From: Lingula anatina
Taxonomy: Eukaryota; Animalia; Brachiopoda
Assembly: GCA_051362555.1 (NCBI GenBank)
Contig: CM120647.1
Span: 19,382,651-19,446,650, forward strand
Length of the DNA stretch: 64,000 nucleotides
Direction: 5' to 3'
Both the position numbers and the translations under genes were made by a program. The notes under the pieces are model-generated. The model was given only the letters and a program-made list of their open reading frames with translations, was not told the DNA's origin and did not search any database. Of this stretch, positions 47,781-62,276 are shown piece by piece (position 1 is the first letter of the stretch; each line of letters starts with the position of its first letter).

Positions 47781-49869
47781 ACCAAATGTTCGTCCAATTT
47801 GTTAAACGACATACCGATTTGTCGTCCCTTTCTCACTTCTCCCAGTAGAAAGCATGTTCAAGTGAATTAAAACGAGTTAGAAACGCAATTTTAATGTCAC
47901 CAAATGTGTCTAAATTTAGATCGTTACTCGAATTTAAGAAATTGGAATGTGGAAATTAAAAAAATGTTCACCATGGCTTGTATGGCCAGTCGCAAATACG
48001 CCCAATTAAAAGGATATCAACTGTTCATTTTGGCCAAAAAATGAATTTTCCTGGGGTAAACGACAATTTTACCATACTAACCAATGGTTAATGAATCCAT
48101 TTCTAACATTCTAAATTTTTTAAAATAAAATCAATTAGGCGACCATTACAGAGTATAGCGATCTACATAATTTATTCCATTCATTCTTTAAAAAGTTAAC
48201 TAGTGGCATGAAAGGAAAGTTGAAAGATAAAATAGAATTTAAAGATGCATACAAAGTCAATTTTTTTGCCACAAAAAATGACCAAATACCAGCATATAGG
48301 TTCAATTAGGGAGAATTACCGAAACCTGAAAATGATGTTTGAACGGATTTTTCTGCTAGCAGTCTATGCTGTATGTCAATGGGGCAGAAAAATAGGTCAC
48401 AAAAGTAGGTTAAATTCCCTACCAAAAATTTAAAGAAAGGAGCAGTCTAAAGCTCTTTTATGGCTGATCGAGTGATCTATTCAGTTTATCCCTTGGCATA
48501 TCGAATTTATTTGAGTCATATAAGAAACTAGTAGAAGTTGTTTACATGTGTTACTCGGAATCCACGCTCCACTGATGCTCGGTTCGTATGTACCTTTAAT
48601 CAAACAAGATTTGTTGATATTACTAGTATCTCCATACATGTGTTGTAGTGAAATATGATACTTTTATAAAAAAAAATGGTATATAAACCATAAAAGATGC
48701 ATTAAAATAGGTCTGTGTCAAGTATCCCGTACCATATGGTTTTTAATTCAATATCACGCACGATGAAAAAGTGTTTAAAACTATTTTTTATTTTTTACAA
48801 ATTTTAATAGAAATATAAGAAAAACTTTATTGAAAGATGACAAAAATTGAATTTATATATATATATAACTTTGCCTAAGGTCCCCTTTTCGATCATTTTC
48901 CGATTTCAGGATTTAACCCCCACCCCACCCTAATTTCTCCCCTCCCCTCCCCCTCCAACTTAAATAATGACACGTCCCTTGGACTGGTTTACCTAAATGA
49001 CAACGCATTTACTAAGTACGATACATATTTTCCTTTATTACAAGAAAATATATCGTTTTTATATGATATGAATTAATTTCATCCTGACAGGTTATATATA
49101 TATATAAAAAACTTCTATTCTTCAAAAAGTAAAACGACTGCATGCTTGCAGGCAACACGTATTATTTGTCATCTTGTGACAACACAATTCGTAATCTCAC
49201 CTGGCGCATTGTAAGGTTAACAAGACGTATGAATACTTTTAGCCTGCTTCATAAAAGTATAACAATGAGTTCCTTGGTTAATGTAACCTGAAAAATCGGG
49301 TTGTTTCAAAATACATTCCTATCAAACAGAAAGTGGATGACGGGGTGGGGGGTGGGGGTGGGGGGTGGGGGGGGGGCTTATACCCTACCTGAGGTAGTTT
49401 TTACGGCAATTTTGTACACAAAATAAACAGAGACCTCGTCGAAAAACGATCATATAGTCCTGGTAGAGGGTAAGAGGCATATTTTAAGGTGGTGTTTGTA
49501 TATAAATTGTAATGCATGTTTAGTTATATTACATTATGCGAAATTATTGTGTTCGGCTGTCCTCTTTTTTTGTTAATCACACAACCTTCAAACAATAAAA
49601 AAAAAAAAGGGTGGAAGGATCATGTCGAGATAGCTGCCATCGTATACCCTGAAGGAGAACAATTTCGTGGGCCTAACATGGCCATATTCCCTCCCTACTT
49701 TTGTGCTTACCCAATTAAGTGATCAAAAATGCGCAGGAAATGACTAGAAATTATCACCCCAGTCAAACTGTGACCATTTTGACTCCATTATAACTTAAAT
49801 CTTGTCTGTTTTAAAGTTTGTTGTCACACGTAGCATTTTCTCTTTCCCTCCGGAAAATAAATAGTTCTA

Positions 49870-50297
49870 TTAGTTAGGAGGAGGGGAATCTGGCTCCCTG
49901 ACACCAATAACTGCGAGTGCGATTTTTGCCGGAAGTGAAGTGTACGCATTTCGAACTTCCGCTATGGTTTGTGGAAGGGGCTTGTTGGCTGATTCCGGAA
50001 GAAGAATCGAAGCAAGTCCACCAGATACGGATATCACACCGAAGATGATGAGTGGCAAAGTGCTCTTACTGCTGAACATGTTTTGACCTTGTAACTCACG
50101 CTGTAAGGAATTGAAGAAAGATTGCGTATAGTAAGCAGGGTTTTAACTTTATGTATTTATTATGCCTTTTCGCCTTGTCATTTTACCCCCACCGCTCAAC
50201 AGTCGCGTTAATTTTTTAGCTAAATTGTAAGCCAATCGCCATTTGGAATTTGCTTCATAGGCGCTCCATTTAATACTAAAGGAAACAGAATTAATAC

Positions 50298-50369
<72 letters not shown>

Positions 50370-53300
50370 TTTAAATATAAACTTTATAATGAAATAGATG
50401 CTGTATAATAAGTTTACCTACCACTATAACAGGAGCTAGAAGACTAAGCATTTTGCAGACAAATATACTTGTGGATAGTCCTGCATTACGCATGACAGTG
50501 GGGTAAATCTCTGCGCCCCATATATATATAATGTTGTATGCGACGGTCACGAAAAACTTGGCGACAATAGAAAGTGCAATGCGTATCCAGTGGCCTGTGT
50601 GTTCATCTGCAAAGGCAACTAAAATTATTAAAACTGGCGAATTAATTTATATCTCATCTGAATAGAGCAAATTCGACTTATATGTAATTGCCATACTGTA
50701 GAATTGTTGCGCTCTAGAGACTGGCCATGGCAGGAACATTTGATTTATGTGTGAGACAATACACTATTCACCCGAGCGATATATGCCATAACACCTCGAG
50801 CGTCAGCGATAGGTGTTCATGGCATATATCGCGAGAGAGTGACAGTGTATTATTTCACATACATACCTAGAAAAAATACAGTGATTTCATCCTAAAACAC
50901 CCCTAAAACCTAATAAAATGACCCTATATCACACTCTAGAGATGTTATACGGAATAAACTCGTCCACGTGCGCTGGTCACCTCCCGCCAAATTCTTACGT
51001 AATGTCTGACCAATTTGGTCAATTTTTTGCTAAATAATTGTCGTGGACATTCAACTGGCTTGGAAAGTATTTAATCAACCGTCGACACTGACCATCCGCG
51101 TCTCATCTGAGCCACACCTAGCTGGGACTGCTGCCGGTAAAAGGTCCCAAGGCAAAACCTCTACTTTTTAGTGACATTTCTGATAAAAAAGTAGCGTCGG
51201 ACCGGAATATAGTCAAAATAATTTTTCACAAGTGCAAAGGAGAAAGAAATTTACATTTTGGTGATATTTCTTACAACGAGGCAGTTTTGGAATAAAGTCA
51301 AAATCGACGGACGTTTATTACAAGAGTTATAATTCTAGATTTGTATTGTTATTTCTGACGACGAGGCGATTACGGAATATAGTCAAAATCAAACGGATGT
51401 TTATTTCAAGTCCACAGGAGTAATAATTCTACGTTTTGGTGACATTTTTTACTACGAGGCGGTTTCGGAAAATACATGTGTTGGTTTTCAGAGCATTCAT
51501 GTGCTATATGTAATTACAAGTTCAAAGGGGGAATACATTTGATTTGACCGATATATCTGATAAACAGAAAGAACGAACAGCTCAAAAACAAAAGGTAAAT
51601 AACACAACCCTCATTAAAAAGTTATAGATTTACAAATAATTTGTATGCACGTGTGGCTTAAATGTAAACTAATTCCCGATTTCAAATCATGTCCACATGA
51701 TATGACTTAGTGTAATAAAATGATAAATAATAATTGTTAAACGTGAAAAGTTTATGGCGATTTTTTAAGAGTGAGAGAGATTTTAAATTTGTCTAATGGT
51801 AGGTATATAACGTAAGCAACGTCACTATTCTCTTGATGCCAAGAAGGTCACATGATCACTCTGTCTTTGGCTTTCAGTATTTAAGAGACCTCGACCGATT
51901 TAATCAAGATGTAGTCGTAAAATTCTAGACTACATCGAGGTTAAGTCCGAGTTTTCTGAGAGACGCTACGCAGAAATGTCGAGTGAAGCGAGACATTTTT
52001 GGGTAAGGGCTTGAGGTTGCCCTCGATCTTCACTGAAGTTTGGCTAAATGGACAGGCTTCAGTGATCATCATATCGCCACGGTCATATAACATCCCTAGG
52101 TATGTATTCCGCAAAAACATATACATGTTACCAGACGAATCACAGGATAAATAACACGTCCTCTATCTATACAATATTTATAATAAATCAGCCAAAACTA
52201 AAAGTTTGAAACTTGCCTTCGCCTGTATAAAGCTCCACAAACGTTGTCGACAGACACAACATGCCACACAGGACCATTGTCAATACAAAGGGAATCTTTC
52301 TGCCGTATCGGTTGATAGTAAATAGCACACAATTGGCGGGAAACTCAATCAGACCAACCAGAAAATAGTTGACGAAGATGCTGCCTTCAATATTGCCGCT
52401 GTTTAATGAGATACCGAACCAAGTGACCTCCACTAATCCCCTGTAATAAAACCACCATGTTGTAAAGCAAATCGCATGTTCTAACTAAAAAAAAAACGTT
52501 TTGTTTAATATTTAAATAATATGTTCTATATCACTTTTTAATTATTGTGAATTTCGTTTCGTGTTTCAATAGTACAAAACTGTGAAAATATTGGGGTAAG
52601 TCAAATTATTCAAATATTACCCAAAATCTGTGCTTACAGTGACGTGACTTAAATGTTCCCCTTTGTGGAATGGTTCAATCTGGGTGGGAGGTGTGGGGAC
52701 GGGGGCGCTAAATACCCACCAAATCAATGAGAGGAGCACCGTATGAAATACCAGTCGAGGCGTCTTCCACAATTCCTTGAGTATTCCGTTAGACTTCTGT
52801 GGAACGGCGTCGACTTTCAGATTATCAAATATATCATAAGACTTAATATGGCGGCCGTTCTGACGAGCCACTCTCTTGGCGACTTGTTTTGCGTCCTCCT
52901 TTCGACCTCTGGACAATAGCCATCTTATGGATTCCGGCACAGTCCTAAATAAGACAAACAGTAAAAATAAATAATTAAAGAGAAAAATAAAGGCAGTAAA
53001 ACCTTATTTTAAAATATTTGGAATCCCGCGTTTTCTTTTGGTTGAAATTGCAACCTTTCTCCAGAAGAATTGTACATGTTTGTCCTGTAAATGTCATCAG
53101 CACTTTTATAGTACTCTTTTTAGAAACTGATCAATTCAACACCTGATACACAGTATAGAATCCAGATTTTCTTTATTTTTGAAACCCCATACTATTTATC
53201 AGATACATTGTAAAAAAAAATAGAGGTGAGAAACTACGTACTGCTTTCTGAAATAACCTGTCGCAATGAATTACCAGCATTCCTCTACATTGTAGCTCGA

Positions 53301-54854
53301 ATATGGCAAAAGTTTGACTCGATCAGTAACATGCCGTGGTGTTCAAAACAAAAGATATTACTTTAACTAATGTTTTATAAAAAAAGAAATATAGAAATAA
53401 TGCTCTTCGAAGTCTAAGATGCTTTCTTTCTCTACTTAGGCCTATTGTAGGCGAATTTCAGGCGTCCTTTGAAGGTCACCCTGTCCCAGAAAGTGCATGG
53501 AAGCTTTTCAGTTGCAACCTTCCCCCCCCCCCCCCCCCCCCTTATTCAGGGTGACTGTAAGCAAATTTAATTGGACGGAATACATACCGTTATTATGGTA
53601 TATAGATAATCAGCGTAGAGGGAGCTCTCCATAAGACTTACCACGTGTACACTGCAAGCAGTAAGGCAGGTGCAGTTATCGCTGCCTGTAGATAGCGCCA
53701 GTGTCGGAGGGCGTAGGCAATACCAGAAGTCCCGCAACTTCCAGCGGCAAAGAAAAAATGCATGATGATCCCGGCGAACATTCTCTTTTTGGGCCCTACG
53801 ACTTCCATTCCTGGAGCAATTGATGGGAATGTAAATACTCACCATTAAGATATTTTGCATGATAAGCGAGAAAGAACAGACCATACCCAAAATACCCCGA
53901 CAACAAAATATATGGGCTACTTAATTCTTTTTTTTTTTTTTTTTTTTTTGATGTTTCAAAATTTGCATCAAAAGAACACCGGAATTATCAATTCATCAAG
54001 AGTAAGCAGACTTAAGCACTGTCTATGAGGAAACGAAGAAACAAAAAAGAAAGTAAAGGCACGTTAAAGATACCATCTATGAAACCTTGGGCATTTTGCT
54101 TCGAAATGAGACGGTCCGTTTGAGCAAACCATATGACGTCACTTGCAATCCATATGACGTCACCGGCAAACCATGTGACGTCAATAGTAAGCCACATTTA
54201 TCCGTATAGTGTCAGTATAGTAGCTATCAGCTAGCACTTACCAAATGAGAACGACGTCGTGTATGCCCCGCTGGAGGATGCTCCGATAAGAAACTTGAAC
54301 AAGATCGCGGTAACGACATTTGGCGAAAATGTTGAAGCCAGCCCAGAAGCGCTGAGAAACAGTAAGGCACAGCCCAGAGCGGTTCGACGTCCTAGTCTAG
54401 AATAAATCCAACGCTTGCAAAATATAGTTAGGTGTTTGTTGCACTGAGAGCAATACATAAAATGTAAGCGTGAAATTCTCTAGGCGTCGTATATCAGCCA
54501 GATATCTACAATGAGTTTCTTGAAGCCTTCCATTTGATGTGATGTAATGCCACCAATGACTAGATATACTTCGTATGTTATTGTTAATTATTCACTTTCT
54601 TCATATCTCATTTCAATCCATTGTCTTTTTTATTTCAATCTTTAAAACGTTTTTAAAAAAGGACTATGAAAGCACAGTGTTAAGCCACTCCTAAGGGAGT
54701 GTTTTTTCTTTTTTTTAGCAAAATGCTGAACCCACCTATCTGATAAAAGACCTATCCCGACATTGCCCACTGCACTCCCGATCAGAAATATTAATGACAA
54801 AAGAGTCACGAGGCTAGCGTCGTCGCAGACAAGATTGAACTGAAATAAATTAAC

Positions 54855-54905
<51 letters not shown>

Positions 54906-55162
54906 AATGTGCATGAAACTATGAAAAAAGATGGGAAAAGGAGTCTGACAGTGCAGTAGTTTAGTCAGGAGAAAACATAAGTGTAAACAGGCCTTTTTTC
55001 TAAAAATGTGGTCCTTTCGTGACGAAACGTTAGTTTACCTAGATCAAATTTACCCATAGAGGACCTTTTTCACCCAGAGTGGACCTCTTACCACTGGCTA
55101 CGAGCATGGGAAATGCTCACGAGCGTGCGCGTGCGTATACATGTGTGTGAGAAAGTGTTTGT

Positions 55163-55216
<54 letters not shown>

Positions 55217-56669
55217 AGAAGAGGAGAGAGAAAGCTGTATGGGAAACAAAAAAGGCAATAAAAACAATCAAATGATATAACATAACAGCTGAGTAAGTAC
55301 ACACCTCGCTGGCATAAGTTTCCTCCACAACGCTGCGATCAAATTTCCATTCATTGCACTTCTCTCTGCTCCCATTAACAACGCTTTCACAGGCAGAAGA
55401 CAGATTGCGGTGCTCGTCACTGAAAAAGTGCTGAATCTGTCCCGTCTGGTTACTGCCCGTGTCATTTTGGAGGGAAATACACCTGCAAGTTATGCACGCC
55501 ATGGGTTAAAAACAGCCATTAAATTGCTATATGATATCTTGTTGGTCAGAATAATTGAAATAGCTTATATCATAGAAATATATATAACTGGAATCATCCG
55601 TTAACAGCTTCAGGTGCGTTAACTAGGAGTAGATGTCACCTGGGAGTGGGACGGGTGGGGAGGGGGTGGTAAGAATAAAAAGATATTATTATTCCATGCT
55701 CGGTTTGTATGCACGTGAAGACAGAAAGACGGTGGTAGGATAACGTTATCTTAACATAGGCTTTTTAATATCCTAGTGAATTATCTCAAACTTGAATTCT
55801 TTTGGAAAGGAATATATCAGAAAATATAAAAGATCAAACAGATTTTTCGTTCAGTTAGATTCCTTCGAGATAAACGATAATTCGAGCTATAAGGTGGCAA
55901 TAGATGTAATAAGATCGAACCATAAACCAGTTTTTCTAGTTTTGAATACCTGATTTTTACAGTCAATAGTGAAATCCACCAGTTGGTATCACCACAATGA
56001 GAGAGCGACTGAAAACTATAAACCCAAAATTCTAAATTGGATGATGGATAATAATAAAGTAAATGCTTTTGGATGTAGTACACAGGGGTGACTGAGAAGT
56101 GTGTTCACGTAAAATAGGAAAAGCAACAATTTGCAATAGGGATCTATTGCTCATTGTTTGAATTCTGAAGTTATTTTGGGCGTACGATAAAGAGTAGGAC
56201 AGAAATATATATATGTATGGTAACGACCAATAAATACATACATTGCCACCTTTTACTTTTTTCTTATAAATACTAGTACTGTCATGTTAATACGTGTCTG
56301 AAACATAATGTTAAAGCTTTTACACGTTTTGTTTTCTCATCATCGGACTGGCCAAACAAGTACTTTTGCGTTCATCTTACAATACACCCCCTCACAGCCA
56401 CTACCCCACCCCCACCCCCACCTACCCCCACCCTATCCAACCCCACCTTGGTCGTCAACTCACCTGTGCTCCGGTGTGTATCCCATAAACGGTACAGACA
56501 TATATTGTAAGGAAGCAAGGGTACTACACAGACAAAACAGGGGCAACACACGGAGCTGGAACCTTCCAAAATCACCCATCTGTTCAAATATGTCGTCCAG
56601 TTGAGTTTGTTTTTCCGCCGTGACATCACTTCTTGCAGTGGAGGGTTTTTTCTTCTCCAATTTCTCCAT
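49870..56669 (-). CDS. SLC22: SLC22-family organic cation transporter-like MFS protein, copy 1 (9 exons, 558 aa)
   Basis: Exons 56669-56464, 55482-55305, 54839-54736, 54396-54242, 53810-53642, 52944-52720, 52440-52217, 50606-50422, 50100-49870 total 1677 nt. Motifs MGDFGRFQ, FNLVC, SDRLGRR, MEVVGPKKR, PESIRWL, RYGRK, AEIYPTVMR, LPES...LPQT. The 104- and 155-nt exons match the usual SLC22 structure. Confidence 0.92.
50749..52107. mobile_element. ~1.36-kb non-autonomous DNA element with terminal hairpin (Crypton/Helentron-like), present only in SLC22 copy 1 intron 7
   Basis: Absent from the paralogous site (ttgatttattccgc at ~60634-60647). ~120-bp hairpin at 50746-50865. Inverted catacctag (50862-50870) / ctaggtatg (52096-52104). 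Short direct repeat tat(gt) at the ends. Confidence 0.7.
54134..54183. promoter_or_regulatory. Three full CRE palindromes (TGACGTCA) at 21-bp spacing, SLC22 copy 1 intron 4
   Basis: TGACGTCA at 54134, 54155 and 54176; conserved in copy 2. Confidence 0.55.
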
Positions 56670-57756
56670 GGTCTTTCAAGATATGTCGGACTATACTTTT
56701 TATCGATCTCAGTTCAAAATGAACGAACGAATAAGTTTGCGCCGCCGCAAGCGATGTGGGAAATCTTGGGCAGCTTCCAGATAACAAGGCAGTCAGCAAA
56801 TGCCACTTGTAGCGCAGATGTTTGGGATTTCAACCCCATTTACCCTTGGTGTTTTTGCCTATCTTACAAAAATTGGCCAATCACTGGCGATCACTATTCG
56901 GTAGGCCAAACATTAAACCAATCAACGCGAAGTATTTCTTGCCTGTTCCACAAAACCCTTAAGAGTGCCGATTGTTAATTTTATTACGATAGCAGGTTGA
57001 ATTACGATAGTGAGCAAAAATTGGCGATCCATGTAGGCCACTCCTGCACCCGTCTGAAACTAGGTCGTCACTCATAACCTGTTACATTCTTTCCTTCCTG
57101 AGCATGCATGATTTCTTTTAAAAAGATGTCGTAAATTGATATCCGTCGACGTTTCTACAGTCATTGTCCGGTTAGTGTCCAGTTGGACGTGGCAAACAAA
57201 TTCTGGCCAAAACAAGGGCACCAAGATGTGACATATAGTTCATGGTCACAACAAATAATGGCCATCGGTGATACCTTGACATTTTGTCCGTTTTAATCTG
57301 TCTGACACCAAATATACCGGTAGGTATTTTTTTTCTATGTTAAAATGATGTTTGTCACTGTCTTTGTTTAAGAAAATAATGCCCGGCAGTATGCTAAAAT
57401 ATTTCGTCTTCATAGGCTTAATTTCTTAAGTCTTAAAAGTCGAAAAAAAAAACAGGTGACAGGTGTGATAGGAATGGTAGTCTGCTAGGAACCGTTGTCC
57501 GTTCCCCATTACTTTGTACAGGTGTGACAGGAATGGAAGTCAGCTAGGAACCGTAGTCCGTTCTTCATTACTTAGTACAGGTGACATTCGTCCCATATAC
57601 TAACCCCAATAATCCGACTACCTTAACTTGTACTAATCATATTCCATTTCTTAGATATTCTTGTGAAACGCACTTTAGTCAGGATGGTAGTCCCAGAACT
57701 GACTTAAGACTTTCCCTGTAACAGGACTCAGGCGTCACCGCCGGGATGTCATCTTT

Positions 57757-58016
57757 GGGACCATTCCCACACCTTATCGTACCAACTGAGGGTCGATCTA
57801 TCTCCGAGGGGATTTTCGCTAAATTGCAATCCACTTTTAAAGCGGCTTAGACATCTGTCATGCCTACGGAAGCTGCTAGGGGGTACTTAACTATCGTTTA
57901 ACAGCTTCAGTAGGCATGACAGATATCTAAGACGCTTAACTGAAAGCAATTTAGCGAGAAACCCCTCGGAGATGGATCGATCCAGTTAGATCGATCTGGG
58001 TTTGGGAAACTAGTCT
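57757..58016. mobile_element. Strongly palindromic MITE (gatcgatc family)
   Basis: gtcgatctatctccgagggg..cgctaaattgc..ttagacatctgtcatgcctac mirrored by gtaggcatgacagatatctaa..gcaatttagcg..cccctcggagatggatcga. Confidence 0.75.
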
Positions 58017-59738
58017 TCATAAAGGCAAACAATAGCACTGACCGTCGCGTGGGCGTTTATTAGCGGTGTGAACGAACTAAAAAGGAACTTTTGACGAAAA
58101 AATGTTAAATGGTGGCAGTGGGTACTCTTGACGTTTCTTTAAATATCTTACGCGTGAATGTTGTGATCTATTTATTTATTTATTTATTTATTGTTGGGGT
58201 GCTACAAGGCGCAGGCCTACTTCACAAAACACAGTCATGTCACGTTGACATGTTAACAATTGGGCTCACCGTCTTCGGTTAGCTTATTTTTCGGTTGTTT
58301 GTATCGGTTAGATAACTGACGGGCTTCCAACTGCATTCTTTGTCTTCGATGCATTACTTGGCAGGTCTCCGACTTGCTTTTAACAAAAGCAATTTCAGTA
58401 CCAGTTTAGACTGGACCGGAGGAGCTGCAACTAACCTGAACAGCCTTGATAACAATTTCGTAAGTAAATGCGCCATGATATTTTTGTGTGTGTTCTGCAA
58501 GACCTTACATTGTTGAGGCAGTAAGTTAGGTCAACATGAATCACTTTGAGCGCTAATATAGTAAAATGCTTTCATATAATACCCTTTGGAAATATTTTAA
58601 AGGCTACTACATTTTTGACAATAAATCCAACTACTGGTATTAGTCATTTTTCGATTGTATAATAAAAATAATACTACTAATAATAATAATGGTAATGATT
58701 ATAATGATGACGGTGATGTAGACAAATGAATGTAGGGCATATATAACGGGATTTGGTAGCCTGTCAGAAAAGTGTCTGGATCCGTTTCTGAATCTTCATA
58801 CTGTTCCAAAATACACGCATCAGAAATTTAAGAAAACATTTGTTTCACCAATGGCCGACTAGTGCTTATTTTTGTCTTATTTTTATTTTAGAAAAACCAC
58901 AGGCCCAAGCAGTCGAAAAGTACGGGATGACACCGATACACTCGTCCCATTTGGGATCATTTGGGCGCGACGGAGAAATCGCTTTGTTCAGTCCGACTTT
59001 GTTGCAACAACGAATCAGATCAGTTACGGGTTGCCTAACATCTGGAAAACAACAACTATAACAGCAACAACAACAACAAACAAACAAAATAAAACACAAT
59101 CAGGTTCTTCTTATTTGATCCCTTTAGATACACAGGTTAGTAAGTAATAAATGGCAATGGTTTATAAGGAACAGAAGCCAAAGTATATTGATTTCATGAA
59201 AATATTATAACATGCTTCAAAAACCGGTCAAGATATATCTTTCTATATCGTTCAAGTGCCTCTTGGAAGATCTGCACCAATGACTGCTCTGCATGGACAA
59301 AAGTGCAAAGTGGAGTGCAAAAGTTACGTCAATTTCAAATCTCCAACTATGAAGTTCACAATACAAATAAGCGTTGGGAGCACCCAGTGTGTTAGGTGTG
59401 ACGGCTATTGTGCCGGGTCAGCCATCAAACAAGTAAGAAAAAAGGAAGGAATGTTCATGTCGAGATGGCTGCCATCGTATGCTTTGGAGAACGTCAATCT
59501 CTGGGTTCTGGGGGCCTAACATGACCATATTCCCTCCCTGCTTTTGTACTTATCCAGCGATCAAATTGCGCAGGAAATGAGTGGAAATGACTAGAAATTA
59601 TCATTCTAGTCATACTTAGACCACAGAAAATGATGTCCTCCATTGTAACTTACACCTCGACGTTTGGTATTCTTTGTCTGTTTGTAAAGTTTGTTGCCAA
59701 AGGCAGCGTTGCGTGTTTCCCTCCGGAAAGTTTTATTA

Positions 59739-62210
59739 CTAAGGAGGAGGGGAATCTGGCTCTCTGACACCAATAACTGCGAGTGCGATTTTTGCCGGCA
59801 GTGAAGTGTACGCATTTCGAACTTCCGCTATGGTTTGTGGGAGGGGTTTGTTGGCTGATTCCGGAAGAAGAATCGAAGCAAGTCCACCAGAAACGGATAT
59901 CACGCCGAAGATGATAAGAGGCAAAGTACTCTTACTGCTGAACATGTTTTGACCTTGTAACTCACGCTGTAAGGAAATAAAGAAATACTGCTTAAACAAG
60001 GTTAGTATACCAGTATTTTAAAAAGGGATAACAATTCTTCATATGAGATCTATATTTCACAATAAAAACATTGTAACGATTCATGAAAATATAATATTTT
60101 CTAATTTGCCACAAAAAGTTAAAGCAATTATTCTGAAAACTATGCTTGCCATCGGACCATGTGACCTCCATAGATGGCTATACTCTGTAATAATCTATGA
60201 AGAGATTATTACAAAAAAAAAAAACTTTTTGAAAAAAAAAAAAAAAACAGCGTGCATACGCAGGTATATTTTTAATTATATACTATATATTGTATTAGAT
60301 ACTGTATAATAAGTGTACCTACCACTATGACAGGGGCTAGAAGATTTAGCATTTTGGAGACAAATGAGCTTGTGGATAGTCCTGCATTACGAATGACAGT
60401 AGGGTAAATCTCTGCGCCCCATATATATATTATGTTGTATGCGACGGCCACGAAAAACCTTGCAACAATAGAAAGTGCAATGCGTATCCAGTGGCCTGTG
60501 TGTTCATCTGTAAATTTAAGGAAAAAGAGGGTGAATTTTTTTATATATCATCTGAATAATGCAAATTCGACTTCTTTGTATTTGTCATACTGTAGAATCG
60601 TTACGCTCTAGAGCCTGGCCATGGCAGGATCATTTGATTTATTCCGCAAAACATATATATTTTACCAGTTGAATCACAGGATGAATAACACGTCCTCTAT
60701 CTATACAATATTTTAAATAAATCAGTCAAAACTTAAAATTGCCTTCGCCTGTATAAAGCTCCACAAACGTTGTCGACAGACACAACATGCCACACAGGAC
60801 CATTGTCAATACAAAAGGTATCTTTCTTCCGTATCGGTTGATAGTAAATAGCACACAATTGGCGGGAAACTCAATCAGACCAACCAGAAAATAGTTGACG
60901 AAGATGCTGCCTTCAATATTGCCGCTGTTTAATGAGATACCGAACCAAGTGGCCTCCACTAATCCCCTGTAATAAAACGACCATGTTGTGAAGCAAATCG
61001 TATGTTCTAACTAAAAAATTCACTCAGAGAGCGCAGACCTCCGCCAAGGAGCCTGCACTGATAAATTGTAATTGGTAATTGTGGTAATTGAGACCACATC
61101 CATTGCACAAGCTCAAAGTCACTGGACCTTTCTTGGTGATTTTTAAATTCTAAATTAAAATTAAAAATCCTCCGAAATTTCTTGGATCCAAAATCAAACC
61201 ACCTTTAGAGAAGCCAATTTCTAAGCTATCCTGAATATGTCTACAAACCATAAATCTTTAAGTGACGCTGGTGAAAACAAACTATATAGACAGACACACT
61301 GACCGGAAAGGAACATAACCTCGGGCCACCAGTGTCGTTTGTGTTTTGTTTAATATTTGCATAATATATTCTATATCACTTTTTCATTGCTGTGAATTTA
61401 TGTCTTATGTTTGAAGAATTATACAGAACAAACTGTGAAAATATTGGGGTAAGTCAAATTATTCAAATATTACACAAAATATGTGCGTAAGACTAAGTGA
61501 CGTGACTCAAATATTCCCCTTTTGGGAATGGTTCCACAATTGGGAGGGGGTGGGGTTGAGGGAAGGGGGACGCTCAATACTTACCAGATTAGTGAGAGGA
61601 GCACCATATGAAATACCAGTCGAGGAGTCTTCCACAATTCCTTGAGTATCCCCTTAGACTTCTGTGGAACGGCGTCGACTTTGAGATTATCAAATATATC
61701 ATAAGACTTTATGTGGCGGCCGTTCTGCTGAGCCACTCCCTTTGCGACAAGTTTATCGTCCTCTTTTCGACCTCTGGACAACAGCCATCTGATAGACTCC
61801 GGAACAGTCCTAAACCAGATAAACAGTACAGAATGAATAAAGAAAGAAAGAATTGAGGACAGTAAAACCCTTTTTTCAATATTAGGAATCCTGCGTTTTC
61901 TTTTAGGTGTAATCGTTACTCTCCGCCCAGAAGAAAAGGCACGTTGAGATCTGTCTTGTAAATGACTTCAACACTTTTTGAGAAATCTGTCAATTCAGAA
62001 AGAAACCAAAACCTGATACACAGCATAAGATTATTTTTTTTATAAAATACTTTCCTCTACATTGTTCACGATGTCATCAGATCACCTCGAGCTCGAATAT
62101 GGCAAAAGTTTGACTTGATCAATAACATGCCGTCGAGCTCAAAACGAAAGACATTAACTAATGTTTTATAAAAAAAAAAAAATATATATATATATATATA
62201 TTTTTTATTT

Positions 62211-62276
<66 letters not shown>

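Noticed and set aside
49341-49376. G-rich run with G-quadruplex potential
   Set aside because: Similar poly-G/C runs are scattered through the window and there is no evidence of function.
58866-59099. Possible minus-strand exon after a pyrimidine-rich tract (and another exon-like stretch near 58270-58430)
   Set aside because: No recognisable protein similarity or consistent gene model. Could be UTR or non-coding exons but cannot be supported.
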